Source: a virus
Taxonomy: Duplodnaviria; Caudoviricetes
Direction: 5' to 3' (one strand)
DNA: 24,290 nt
Virus record (IMG/VR): IMGVR_UViG_3300048575_000073
Location: 1-24,290 of that record
Positions 7,317-15,584 of the stretch are shown piece after piece (the first letter of the stretch is position 1; each line of letters opens with the position of its first letter). A program made the position numbers and the translations under genes. The notes beneath the pieces are model-generated. The model worked only from the letters and a program-made list of their open reading frames with translations, did no database searches and had not been told where the DNA came from.

Positions 7317-10081
7317 TTTGCACCTATCAGCATGTCGCCGCCGGCCTGGGACACCTTGACCTGGAGTTGCTTAACGAACGAGTAGAGGACGGACTCCAGT
7401 TCCGGGGCCATGCCGTCGGCGGACACCTTTATGAGCCCGTCCCCGTTTAGGAGGGCCTGGGTCCTGGCATTCATGCTTTGCACCTGCGCCGTCACAAGTT
7501 CCTTTTGGAGTTCAAATTCCTGCTCCCGCAACTCGTATTCGCGCTCAATCCATCGTTCGATGCGGGACGGCTCCAGGTTCGGGCTGCTGTCCACCTCTTT
7601 CATGAGGTCAAAGAGGCTCCCCAGGACGTCGCCCGTGCTTTTGATGCCTTCGTTTATGCTGCCAAAGGCGGCCTCGATGCGCTTGGTATCGGCTTCGAGT
7701 TCGGCTATTTCGAGCTTGCTGGCCCACTCGATCTTGGTTTTGGTGAGGTCGTTAAAGCTGGTGACGATCTTTTCCAGGGATTCGGCGACGACCTTCGCCT
7801 CGACCTGGACCTCTTTTTTGTCCGGGATGGACTTGTCGATCTGCCCCTTGCATTCGAGCAGAGTGGTCCCGTCGGCCAGGGTGGTGATGGTGACCTTCTG
7901 GCTGTCAGGGATTTTGGCCTGACGCTCGGCGTAGGCCTTGTCGATGCTGGCTTGGTCAAGCTCGGTCGTAATCACGCCGACGCGTGTCTTCGCGATTTGG
8001 TCCAGGGCCGCATTGATCTCTGCCGCCTTCTCAACGTCGGACTTGACCATCAATTCGATCAGCTTTTCCCGGGGAACGTCCTCAATGGTCAAGCCAAGCT
8101 GGCGGGCATTGTCGATCACATCTTGCAGGCCTTTAGCCTCGATCTCGATGGTCTTTTCGTCGGGGACCTCGGAATATTTCTTGGACAGCTCGGCAACCTT
8201 GTCCGCCAGTGCTTTGGCCGCGACTGCCTGTGCTTCGGCGGCTGCCGTCGTTTTGGTTGTTTCGTCGCCCCAATGGGTCATGTTGTAGATGACCGCGCCG
8301 AGGTTGTCCCCGTAGTCCTTAACGAGCGGTATGTTGTCGTAGAGGATTTTGCCGATTTCCCACCCCGTGGCGAAAGCGGCGGCGGCCAGGGTGAGGGTGG
8401 TCAATGCCGTGGACGTCAGCCCCATGGCCGAGCCCATGGTTGTGAACACGGACACTGCTGTCGAGCCGAGGCTACCGAACGCCGAGATGCCGGAGCCGGC
8501 CAGAGTGATGGCGGCGGTCAGGATGCCGAATCCGGTCGCGGCCGCCGCAATCTGCTGCGCCCACCCCAGGATTTCGCCGATGTTTTTGAGCGTGGCCGCG
8601 TCCAGGTTGACGAAATAATCGATAGCCTGGCCGAGGATGGTCAAAAATGGTTTCCAGGCGTCGAGGATGCCGGCAGTGACATTTGTCAGGGCGGTGATGC
8701 CGTCCACGACCCTTTGGATGGCTGCCGTCAGTCCCTCGGGCGTGGACAGGTCGATTCCATTGAAAATCGCGTTGAACGCCTGGGCAATGGACGTCCCCAG
8801 GCCGGACACCGATTGGATAAGCTCTGAATAGTCGATGCCCTTTAGGGCCGCGGGCAGATTTGCGCCAATCGTTTTGAGCTCATCGCCGAGCGACTTGCCG
8901 AACTTGTCGATGACGTTAAACAGCGGGTCGAATGCGCCCGCGTCGACGGACGTTGCGATGCTCTTGAAAATATCCCGAAGCCCTCCCTCGATCTGCGTCA
9001 GGCCCGGGATAAACTTGTCCCCGATCTTGATGAGCGCGACGTCGAGGTTGTTGACAAGCTCCTGCGAGACGTTCTTGAACTCGTCTTTCATCTTCGCGTA
9101 GGCTTCGGCCGTGGAGCCGGAGGACGTCTTCATAGAGTCCAGGGCTTCCTTAAACTTCCCGGCCTTGTCCGAGGCCAGGACCATAACGGCGTTCAGGGCC
9201 TCAGTGGACCCGAACAACTCGGCCATTTTGGAAATGTTGCCGCCGGTCGCCTTGTAGACGTCCTGCAGCACGCCGTCGAAACCTTTGGTGGCAAGGGCCG
9301 TGGCGTCGAATTTGATGCCGAGCTGCGCGGCCATGTCCTTGGCCTGCTCGGTCGGCTTGATGATGTTGGAGAGGGCGGCTTTGATCCCGGTGATTGCCTC
9401 GGACGTCGGCAGGCCCGAGGCAGTCAGGGCGGCGATGGCGGCGGCCAGCGTCTCGAACGGCACCTTGCCGCTTGCCGCCAACCCGGTGACCTGGGCCAGG
9501 GAGGAGGACAGTTCGGGCATGGTTGTCTGCCCGACCTTGATGGCCTGGAAAAGGATGTCTGAATATTTGCCGGCCTGGTCGGTGCTCTCGCCGTAGGCGT
9601 TGAGCGTGGAAATAAGCGTCTTGGTGGTCTCGGTCAGGTCCGCCTTGCTCCCGACGGCCAGCCGCTCCGCGTCCCCGACAAACTTGATGCTGTCCTCATA
9701 CTTGAGGCCGGCCGAAATCCCCTCGTAGAGTGCGCCGGTGATTTGGCTGACGGACTGCGTGGAGTTTTGGGCGTAGGCCAGGATGTCGTCCTTGAACTGC
9801 CCAAGGGCCTCTTTCGGCTTGTCGATGAGCGTCGAAATCTCGGCGAACGACAGGCCGAATTCCGAGGCCTTGGCCGTGGCCACGGCCATGCCGCCGGCGG
9901 CCAGGACGCCCAAGGCGGTTTCCAAGGCGAGGACCTTTTCGGCCACCTTGGCCAGGGGCTCGGCGACATCCGTGGCTTGCCCTTCGAGCTTGTCGATCTG
10001 GCCGGCCACGCCGGAGACGGCGGACCCCGTATTGTCCACCGCTCCGAATATGATGTCGATCGATCTGGTGACGTCAGCCAC
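7313..10081 (-). CDS. Phage tail tape measure protein (TP901-type core)
   Basis: 922 aa helical Ala/Leu-rich protein directly after the chaperone; DILFQAIKVGQTTMPEL, LTASG...SEAITGIK, LFGSTEAL motifs. Confidence 0.95.
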   Translation of the reverse strand: MADVTRSIDIIFGAVDNTGSAVSGVAGQIDKLEGQATDVAEPLAKVAEKVLALETALGVLAAGGMAVATAKASEFGLSFAEISTLIDKPKEALGQFKDDILAYAQNSTQSVSQITGALYEGISAGLKYEDSIKFVGDAERLAVGSKADLTETTKTLISTLNAYGESTDQAGKYSDILFQAIKVGQTTMPELSSSLAQVTGLAASGKVPFETLAAAIAALTASGLPTSEAITGIKAALSNIIKPTEQAKDMAAQLGIKFDATALATKGFDGVLQDVYKATGGNISKMAELFGSTEALNAVMVLASDKAGKFKEALDSMKTSSGSTAEAYAKMKDEFKNVSQELVNNLDVALIKIGDKFIPGLTQIEGGLRDIFKSIATSVDAGAFDPLFNVIDKFGKSLGDELKTIGANLPAALKGIDYSELIQSVSGLGTSIAQAFNAIFNGIDLSTPEGLTAAIQRVVDGITALTNVTAGILDAWKPFLTILGQAIDYFVNLDAATLKNIGEILGWAQQIAAAATGFGILTAAITLAGSGISAFGSLGSTAVSVFTTMGSAMGLTSTALTTLTLAAAAFATGWEIGKILYDNIPLVKDYGDNLGAVIYNMTHWGDETTKTTAAAEAQAVAAKALADKVAELSKKYSEVPDEKTIEIEAKGLQDVIDNARQLGLTIEDVPREKLIELMVKSDVEKAAEINAALDQIAKTRVGVITTELDQASIDKAYAERQAKIPDSQKVTITTLADGTTLLECKGQIDKSIPDKKEVQVEAKVVAESLEKIVTSFNDLTKTKIEWASKLEIAELEADTKRIEAAFGSINEGIKSTGDVLGSLFDLMKEVDSSPNLEPSRIERWIEREYELREQEFELQKELVTAQVQSMNARTQALLNGDGLIKVSADGMAPELESVLYSFVKQLQVKVSQAGGDMLIGAK

Positions 10082-10250
10082 GGTGGTCCAACTCCTCTAG
10101 GTAGATGCTCCAGAGCTCGATTTCGAGGTCCGTCAAAAATCCCTGCGGAAACAGGTCCGGCCGGATCTGGAACAGAAACGCCCTCTGCCGGAATCCGAGC
10201 GCTAGGGCTGCTCGAACTCGGCCGTCTCGGTAGAGGGCGCGGGCTTTCCC
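10074..10250 (-). CDS. Tail assembly chaperone gpT-like segment, expressed as a -1 frameshift extension of the upstream gpG-like gene
   Basis: The -1 frame stays open from GGGAAAG (10244-10250) to a stop overlapping the tape measure start: ARALYRDGRVRAAL...RPDLFPQGFLTDLEIELWSIYLEELDHRG. Confidence 0.8.
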   Translation of the reverse strand, partial: GKARALYRDGRVRAALALGFRQRAFLFQIRPDLFPQGFLTDLEIELWSIYLEELDHRG

Positions 10251-10675
10251 GGGACGACGTGCCCCATGCCCGTCAACTCGGTGATCTTGCTGGTCAGCGT
10301 GTAAAACTCGATGGGGAAGGTCAGGGCCAGCTTGACGCAAACCTCCAGGTCCATGGCCGGGGCAACGGCGGCGATGGTGAGCATCTCGACCCGCTTGGCA
10401 TAATCGTCCGGCTCATCGTCGCCGATGCCCATGGACGCCCGCAGGGCCGCCAGCTTTTCCTTGTCGTTGCCGCCGATGACCGCCTCGAGCAGCTTGCCCA
10501 CGGCCCGGTGCCGTTCAGCCGCCTCGCGCACCCTGGCGAGCTCCGGGCCGGTGAGGCCCCGGACCGTGATGGCCGGGGCCCCGTCGCCCTTATACCAGGG
10601 GGCCAGGGTGGGCACGGGCACGGCCTCTTGCCGGGGCTCGAATTTCGCCCGCATGAACTCCCTGGTGTCGAACAT
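10202..10675 (-). CDS. Tail assembly chaperone (gpG-like)
   Basis: 157 aa between tail tube and tape measure; TVRGLTG.EL motif; slippery site near the C-terminus. Confidence 0.85.
   Translation of the reverse strand: MFDTREFMRAKFEPRQEAVPVPTLAPWYKGDGAPAITVRGLTGPELARVREAAERHRAVGKLLEAVIGGNDKEKLAALRASMGIGDDEPDDYAKRVEMLTIAAVAPAMDLEVCVKLALTFPIEFYTLTSKITELTGMGHVVPGKPAPSTETAEFEQP
10244..10250 (-). other. -1 programmed ribosomal frameshift site G GGA AAG
   Basis: Read as CCG GGA AAG in the gpG frame; same heptamer as the lambda G-T slippery site and in the expected position. Confidence 0.85.
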
Positions 10676-11652
10676 TACGCGGTCGCCTCCGTGGCCTCGT
10701 CCGTGGCCGTGATGGTGCAGGCCGCCGTGATGTTGTCACCGGCAGGGAAGGTGCGCTTAATGCCGAGCTTGCCCAGGCAGCGAATGTAGGCGGCGCTCAG
10801 ACGGTTGGCCTTGAACTTGAACCACAGCGTCTCATTTTTGAGGCTGATGAGCGGGTCCGTGATGCCGTCCTCCAGGTAGGCCGTGAACGTGCCCTGGCCG
10901 AGACTGGACGAGCTCGATCCGAGGGTCTTGCCGTAGATCTGCTTGGACGAGACGCTGTGCGAGGTCTCGGGCGGCACGAAGTCGGAGACCTCGGGGATCT
11001 GGCTGAAAGCCGGCTCATAAAACGAGGCGTAGACGCCCTTGGGCAAAGCCCCGGTGTGGATGGCCGGCACGGGGGCGTCGAAGCGGACCTCCCCGGAGCC
11101 ATAGTCGATCTGGAACGTCGGGGAGTCGTAGCGCTCCTGGTGGTCACCGATGATCTGCTTGATCTCGTCGGCGGTGACGTCGGCGGCCGTGAGCGAGGAA
11201 TACCGGACCTGCCCGATCTCGACGGATCCGACCGGGATCAGCGGCGGGCCGCCGGCCGCGGCCCGGGTAGCCGAGAACGTGGTGGACTCGGTACCCGACA
11301 CCACGGAGATGGTGCTGCCGTCGGTGACGATGGAGTGGATGCGGTAGCCGTTGGTCGTGCCCCGGGGGCAGGTCAGGGCCGCATTGGCGGCCACGGCTTT
11401 GAGGACGCCCCCGATGTAGGCGGTCAGGGCCGCGCACTGGACGACGTTGTTGGTGCCCGTCTTGGGGGTGATGCCGCCGCCGGTAGCCAAGCCGTTGGGC
11501 TTGACGTCCGGGGCGTAGCCGTCCTTTTTCGACCACATTTCGATGCCGCTGGTAAAGGTGGCCTGGTCGCCGGAATCGGTGAGGGCCGCCATGGCGTGTG
11601 CCGTCTGGCCGGCCTCGTAGTACAGGATCGCGTTGTCAGCGTTGCGGGCCAT
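10675..11652 (-). CDS. Major tail (tube) protein
   Basis: 325 aa Thr/Gly/Ser-rich protein between terminator-like and chaperone genes; strong AAGGAGAGG RBS. Confidence 0.7.
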   Translation of the reverse strand: MARNADNAILYYEAGQTAHAMAALTDSGDQATFTSGIEMWSKKDGYAPDVKPNGLATGGGITPKTGTNNVVQCAALTAYIGGVLKAVAANAALTCPRGTTNGYRIHSIVTDGSTISVVSGTESTTFSATRAAAGGPPLIPVGSVEIGQVRYSSLTAADVTADEIKQIIGDHQERYDSPTFQIDYGSGEVRFDAPVPAIHTGALPKGVYASFYEPAFSQIPEVSDFVPPETSHSVSSKQIYGKTLGSSSSSLGQGTFTAYLEDGITDPLISLKNETLWFKFKANRLSAAYIRCLGKLGIKRTFPAGDNITAACTITATDEATEATA

Positions 11653-11664
11653 GGTGGCCTCTCC

Positions 11665-12144
11665 TTACTGGTTGTACGGATCGCCGATGGCGGTCCGGTA
11701 GATGATCGAAAAAACGGCCTCGACAATGGTGACCTGTTCCGTGTCGGCCGGGTACTCGGCAATGCCGCCCGAGGTGTAGGCGATGTCGTCCACCAGGGCA
11801 TGGAGCCCGTCCGCGCCGGCCATGACCGTCAGGATCAGCGCGCCTAGGATCGCCTCGCCGATCTCGGACGGACCGGATCCCGCCACGGCCGGCAGGGCTG
11901 TCGGAAAGAGGGCCTGGACCGAAATGTCCATGGCCACGGTCTGCTTCCCGAACTGCTTTTTTGTCGGTGATTCCATGCCGGGCAGGATGGTGATGGCCGG
12001 CAGGTCCTCGGGGTCGAAGCCGGTGCGGCCGCGGTGCACGCCGCGCCAGTCCTGGAGCCCGCGTAACTCTCCCGGAAGCATGGCCAGGAGGGCCACAACC
12101 TCGCGGATGACGAGCTCACGTATCGTTGGATTCAAGGTTGCCAT
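11665..12144 (-). CDS. Tail terminator (gpU-like)
   Basis: 159 aa; TIRE.VI...VHRGR...EDLPAITI...IIYRT...DPY pattern and position. Confidence 0.75.
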   Translation of the reverse strand: MATLNPTIRELVIREVVALLAMLPGELRGLQDWRGVHRGRTGFDPEDLPAITILPGMESPTKKQFGKQTVAMDISVQALFPTALPAVAGSGPSEIGEAILGALILTVMAGADGLHALVDDIAYTSGGIAEYPADTEQVTIVEAVFSIIYRTAIGDPYNQ

Positions 12145-12739
12145 CGAGGGCCGCCAGTCTGGATTGCTGGAGCAAGTAGTCGATCTCGTGCTCCAAGTTC
12201 TTTTTCAGCCGCTCCCGGGCCTGGGCCTCGACGACCTCGCGGCTTGTCCACTCAAACGCCTCGGGTAGGGCCAGGCCGAATTTCGTGACGATCGGGTAGC
12301 GGCCGACCAACTTCCCGTTGCCGCCCTTGACGCGCCAAAACACGTCTTCGCGGCCGGTTTTCTTGCCCCGGTTGATAAAGGCGTGGGGAATGATCTTCCG
12401 GCCCTGCGCCTTGTAGACCTGGACGGACACGCCGGTTTTGGTCTGCCGCGCCCCGAACAGGACCAGCCGGCGGCGCGTCCCCTTGATGGTTATGCGCACG
12501 CTCGGCCGGTTCGTGTTCGCCAGCCAGAGCTTGATGCCGTCCTTGACGTCCTTGGCCTTGATGTTGACCCGGGCCCTGATCTCCCGGCTGATGTCCGTGC
12601 GCACGCCCTTGGCGGTCTTGTTGAGCGCTCGGGTCAGGGCCTTGGCCCGCGACGGCGCATCCAAGGCCGACATGAGCTCCCGCAGGGAGTCCACGTCGGC
12701 CCGGTTGAGCTGGATGCGGATGTCGCGGTTGCCGGCCAT
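12116..12739 (-). CDS. Tail completion protein (lambda gpZ-like)
   Basis: 207 aa, basic; ALTRALNKTA...GVSVQV...IPHAFI...VFWR...RYPI pattern of the gpZ family. Confidence 0.85.
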   Translation of the reverse strand: MAGNRDIRIQLNRADVDSLRELMSALDAPSRAKALTRALNKTAKGVRTDISREIRARVNIKAKDVKDGIKLWLANTNRPSVRITIKGTRRRLVLFGARQTKTGVSVQVYKAQGRKIIPHAFINRGKKTGREDVFWRVKGGNGKLVGRYPIVTKFGLALPEAFEWTSREVVEAQARERLKKNLEHEIDYLLQQSRLAALDGNLESNDT

Positions 12740-12740
12740 G

Positions 12741-13046
12741 CTACGCCTGCACCACGTTGCGGTTGACGGTCAGTTTCCAGACGGTCCGCTGGCCGTCCGC
12801 CTCGGGATCGCCGACGACACGGTAGGACGATCCGCCCCAGGCCACGGTGTCGTTTTTTTTGGGCTGCGCCACGTCGGCGCCACGCACGTAGACCGTGGCA
12901 TCCGGCATGCGAATGCCCGGGCTTTGCTCGGCCGTCTGGCCGTAGCTCTCCACCAGGATGGTGATGGCCGTCCCGTTGTAGGTGGCCGGCTCCCCGAGGT
13001 CGTCAAAGAGGTCGCCGGCCGCGTCGATGAGGGCTTGATCCGCCAT
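12741..13046 (-). CDS. Head-tail joining protein (gpFII-like)
   Basis: 101 aa; LFDDLGEPATY...PKKNDTV...Y.VV..PEADG; position after the cement gene. Confidence 0.75.
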   Translation of the reverse strand: MADQALIDAAGDLFDDLGEPATYNGTAITILVESYGQTAEQSPGIRMPDATVYVRGADVAQPKKNDTVAWGGSSYRVVGDPEADGQRTVWKLTVNRNVVQA

Positions 13047-13049
13047 GTG

Positions 13050-13403
13050 CTACCCGAGGAGCCGGACGGTCGCGGTCGCATCGCCCGAGGCGGCGGCGTC
13101 GAAGGCGTAGCCCATGAGGGTGTTGCCGGACGCCGTGGTCGTGGCCGCACCAGTGCCGGCCGTACCGCCGATGGGGTCGCCGGCCGCAGCCCAATAAACC
13201 GCCGCGCCGTGGCCGATGGCCCCGGTGGCCTTGGGGACCTCGAAAACGCCTTCAAGCGCGATCTGCGCGGTGTCGCCGATTTCGTAGGCCCCGAGGGAGA
13301 CGCCCACGAGCGACCCGGTCACGACGACCTGACCGGAGGCCAGGGCCGCGCCGGCGACCACCTTGGGCATGATGTCGCCTTTCTGCTGATAGTTCTTGGC
13401 CAT
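13050..13403 (-). CDS. DUF2190-family capsid cement/decoration protein
   Basis: MAKNYQQKGD...SGQVVV.G.LVGV...EGVFEVPKA...G.AVYW signature; immediately after the capsid gene. Confidence 0.9.
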   Translation of the reverse strand: MAKNYQQKGDIMPKVVAGAALASGQVVVTGSLVGVSLGAYEIGDTAQIALEGVFEVPKATGAIGHGAAVYWAAAGDPIGGTAGTGAATTTASGNTLMGYAFDAAASGDATATVRLLG

Positions 13404-13430
13404 GATGATTTTTCCTTGTCAGGCCCGGGC

Positions 13431-15584
13431 CTACGCCCCGGCGTTTTTGTAGAGGCCGCGGTGGTCGAGCAGCCCGGCGCCGAAGTCGAAGCGCACCTTG
13501 TAGGACACGCCGTCACGCTCAAAGCCTTCCTTTTCCTCGAGATACGGTTCGGTCACGCCGTTCAAGAATGCGACCTCCATGGTGTCGATGACGCCCGGCC
13601 GGCCAGCCAGGTACCAAGCCGTGGAGGACGCGGCATCGAGGCGCGGCTCGACCACCGGGGCCATGGAATTGAGGAACGGGTTGGGGATGTTGACCGAGGC
13701 ATAGGTGGCCCCGGTGGCCAATTGCGGCAGCACGGCCGAGCCGAGCAGGATGCCGGCGGCAAACTCCAGTTCGGCCGGGATGAGCAGGTAGGCCGGCTCC
13801 ACGTTGATCACGTTGCCGGTCATGTCCTTCTGCAGGCGCATGGCCTTCTTGGCGGCCTTCATGGGGTCCACGCCGAGGGCCGCGCCGGACGCGGCGAGGT
13901 TGTTGTGGGCGCTGTGAAACAGGGCCTTGCCGTCGCTCATGGTCGGGTTGGCCACCAGCTTGGCGTAAACCACGTCGCCGATTTTGCGCCGGGCCGCGGT
14001 GCCGAACGCCTGGGGCACCCGGGCGAAGGCGCGCATGTCGTCGTTGATGAGCATTTCGCGGGTCAGGGCAAAAAGCTTGCCGTAGGTGCGGATGCTGTAG
14101 GTCTCGGCCGATTCGTCGAAAGTCCCGTATTTGTACTCCCCGTTCTCGCCGATCAAGTCGAGGTCGGGGGCCTCGCTCATGCGGACGCCTTTGATCTGCT
14201 TGAAGTCGTTGACGCTGGTGGTCGCGCACCACATTTCCCATGTGCTCGGGTAGGCCTGATAGGCCGCCAGGAGGACGGCGTTGGCCACGTTGCCCATGAG
14301 GTGCGGGAAATCGGTCGAGTGCGCGCCGGGGGCCGAGCGCATGGCGAGGGCCGCTTCGGCGATACTGCGGGAGTCCATGGCCCGGGGCCGGATGCCGTGG
14401 CGGGTCAAAAACTCCTCGGCCATGCGCAGGAGCGACATGCCCCGGAATGCTTCGTGGCCGGCGGCCGGCTTCTCGATCTTGACACCCATGCGCAGGCGCA
14501 GGCCGTCGTGGGCGGCGCGGAAAAACTTGTCCCGCTCCTCCTCCACGACCTCGGCCCGGGAGGCATTCATGGGCCGGTTCCCGTCGGCCATCTTGGCCAG
14601 CACGGCCTTGCGGGCAGTGTCCGGGCGGTGCCCCTGGGCAATCAGCTCGTCGGCAAAGGAGCCCTCGAGCCCGCCCATGCGCACGGCCTCCCGGATCTCG
14701 GCATGCTCGGCGGCCACGCGGGCCAGGGCCGCACGGGCGGCGTCCTCGGCCCGAGCGTTGAGGTCGCCGTCATCGGCGCGGACGGTGGAAGCCGGCGGGG
14801 CGGCGGCGGGCGGCGCGGACCGCTGCGCCTCCGGGGGCGCAGCCGGATCAGCCTTGTCGGCCTCGGCGCGTAAGGCGTCCTGGGTTTCCTGGGGCAGGGC
14901 GGCCAGCATGGCCCGGGCCTGGGCACCGGTGGCGTCCACGGGCAGGCCGTGGCGCAGCTTGAGCAGCTTTTTAAGACGCTTGTTCATGGGTTGCGCGCCT
15001 CCTTGGCTGCGCATTTTGGCAAGGTCATCGGCCCCGATGGGGGTGACGCTCAATTCCTTGAGCAGCCACCGGGTGGTGACCTTGAGCGGCCCCGTGTACT
15101 CGCGGCCGGCTATATTTTGTTTCTGCCCGGCCGGAATCCACATGGACTCCACGGGCTCGTAGCCAACGGACAAATCCGTGAGGTGGCCGTCACGGACCAG
15201 GGCCAGGGCCTGCCGGGACGCCCCCGTGTCGCCGAAGGCCACCGCTGCTTCCAGGGCGGCGTATTTCCCGCTCTTGGCCGCCTTGAAGTCCCCGGCGCTG
15301 CCGAGCAGGTTGGAGACGCTGCGGCGCTGGTGCGAGTCGAGGAGCGGCACGCGGCCGGACGCCGGCAGGATCGCGCCGTCCATCAAGAGCACCTCGTCCA
15401 CGATGTCGTACCGGTCGTAGTCAAAAACCGAGGTCGGCTTCTCGCTCGCGGCGATGGCCCGGACGGTGCGCGCCGTCTCGTCCAGCGTGGACGGTTGCGC
15501 GGCCGCGGCCCGGGTGGCTATCCGCTCGTCAGGCTGCGACTGCGCCCGGAGCGTCAGCGGCCGGCTGTTGTGCTGGCTGGACAT
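13431..15584 (-). CDS. Prohead protease / scaffold / major capsid fusion protein
   Basis: Likely start ATG 15584 (MSSQHNSR) after AAGGAG; 717 aa. HK97-type protease motifs PLLDSH, DLSVGY, KELSVTPIGAD; capsid motifs HSTDFP, VNDFK, ENGEYKYG, LTREMLINDD, KVRFDFGAG..DHRGLYKN. Confidence 0.93.
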   Translation of the reverse strand: MSSQHNSRPLTLRAQSQPDERIATRAAAAQPSTLDETARTVRAIAASEKPTSVFDYDRYDIVDEVLLMDGAILPASGRVPLLDSHQRRSVSNLLGSAGDFKAAKSGKYAALEAAVAFGDTGASRQALALVRDGHLTDLSVGYEPVESMWIPAGQKQNIAGREYTGPLKVTTRWLLKELSVTPIGADDLAKMRSQGGAQPMNKRLKKLLKLRHGLPVDATGAQARAMLAALPQETQDALRAEADKADPAAPPEAQRSAPPAAAPPASTVRADDGDLNARAEDAARAALARVAAEHAEIREAVRMGGLEGSFADELIAQGHRPDTARKAVLAKMADGNRPMNASRAEVVEEERDKFFRAAHDGLRLRMGVKIEKPAAGHEAFRGMSLLRMAEEFLTRHGIRPRAMDSRSIAEAALAMRSAPGAHSTDFPHLMGNVANAVLLAAYQAYPSTWEMWCATTSVNDFKQIKGVRMSEAPDLDLIGENGEYKYGTFDESAETYSIRTYGKLFALTREMLINDDMRAFARVPQAFGTAARRKIGDVVYAKLVANPTMSDGKALFHSAHNNLAASGAALGVDPMKAAKKAMRLQKDMTGNVINVEPAYLLIPAELEFAAGILLGSAVLPQLATGATYASVNIPNPFLNSMAPVVEPRLDAASSTAWYLAGRPGVIDTMEVAFLNGVTEPYLEEKEGFERDGVSYKVRFDFGAGLLDHRGLYKNAGA

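Noticed and set aside
13421-13432. Palindrome AGGCCCGGGCCT at the capsid stop codon
   Set aside because: No loop and no U-tract; short GC palindromes are frequent at this base composition.
12438-14873. 811 aa plus-strand ORF (also 15454-17319, 7478-8827, 1454-2569, 5186-6304 and similar)
   Set aside because: Antisense to well-supported structural genes; expected stop-poor mirror frames in high-GC DNA; no motifs.
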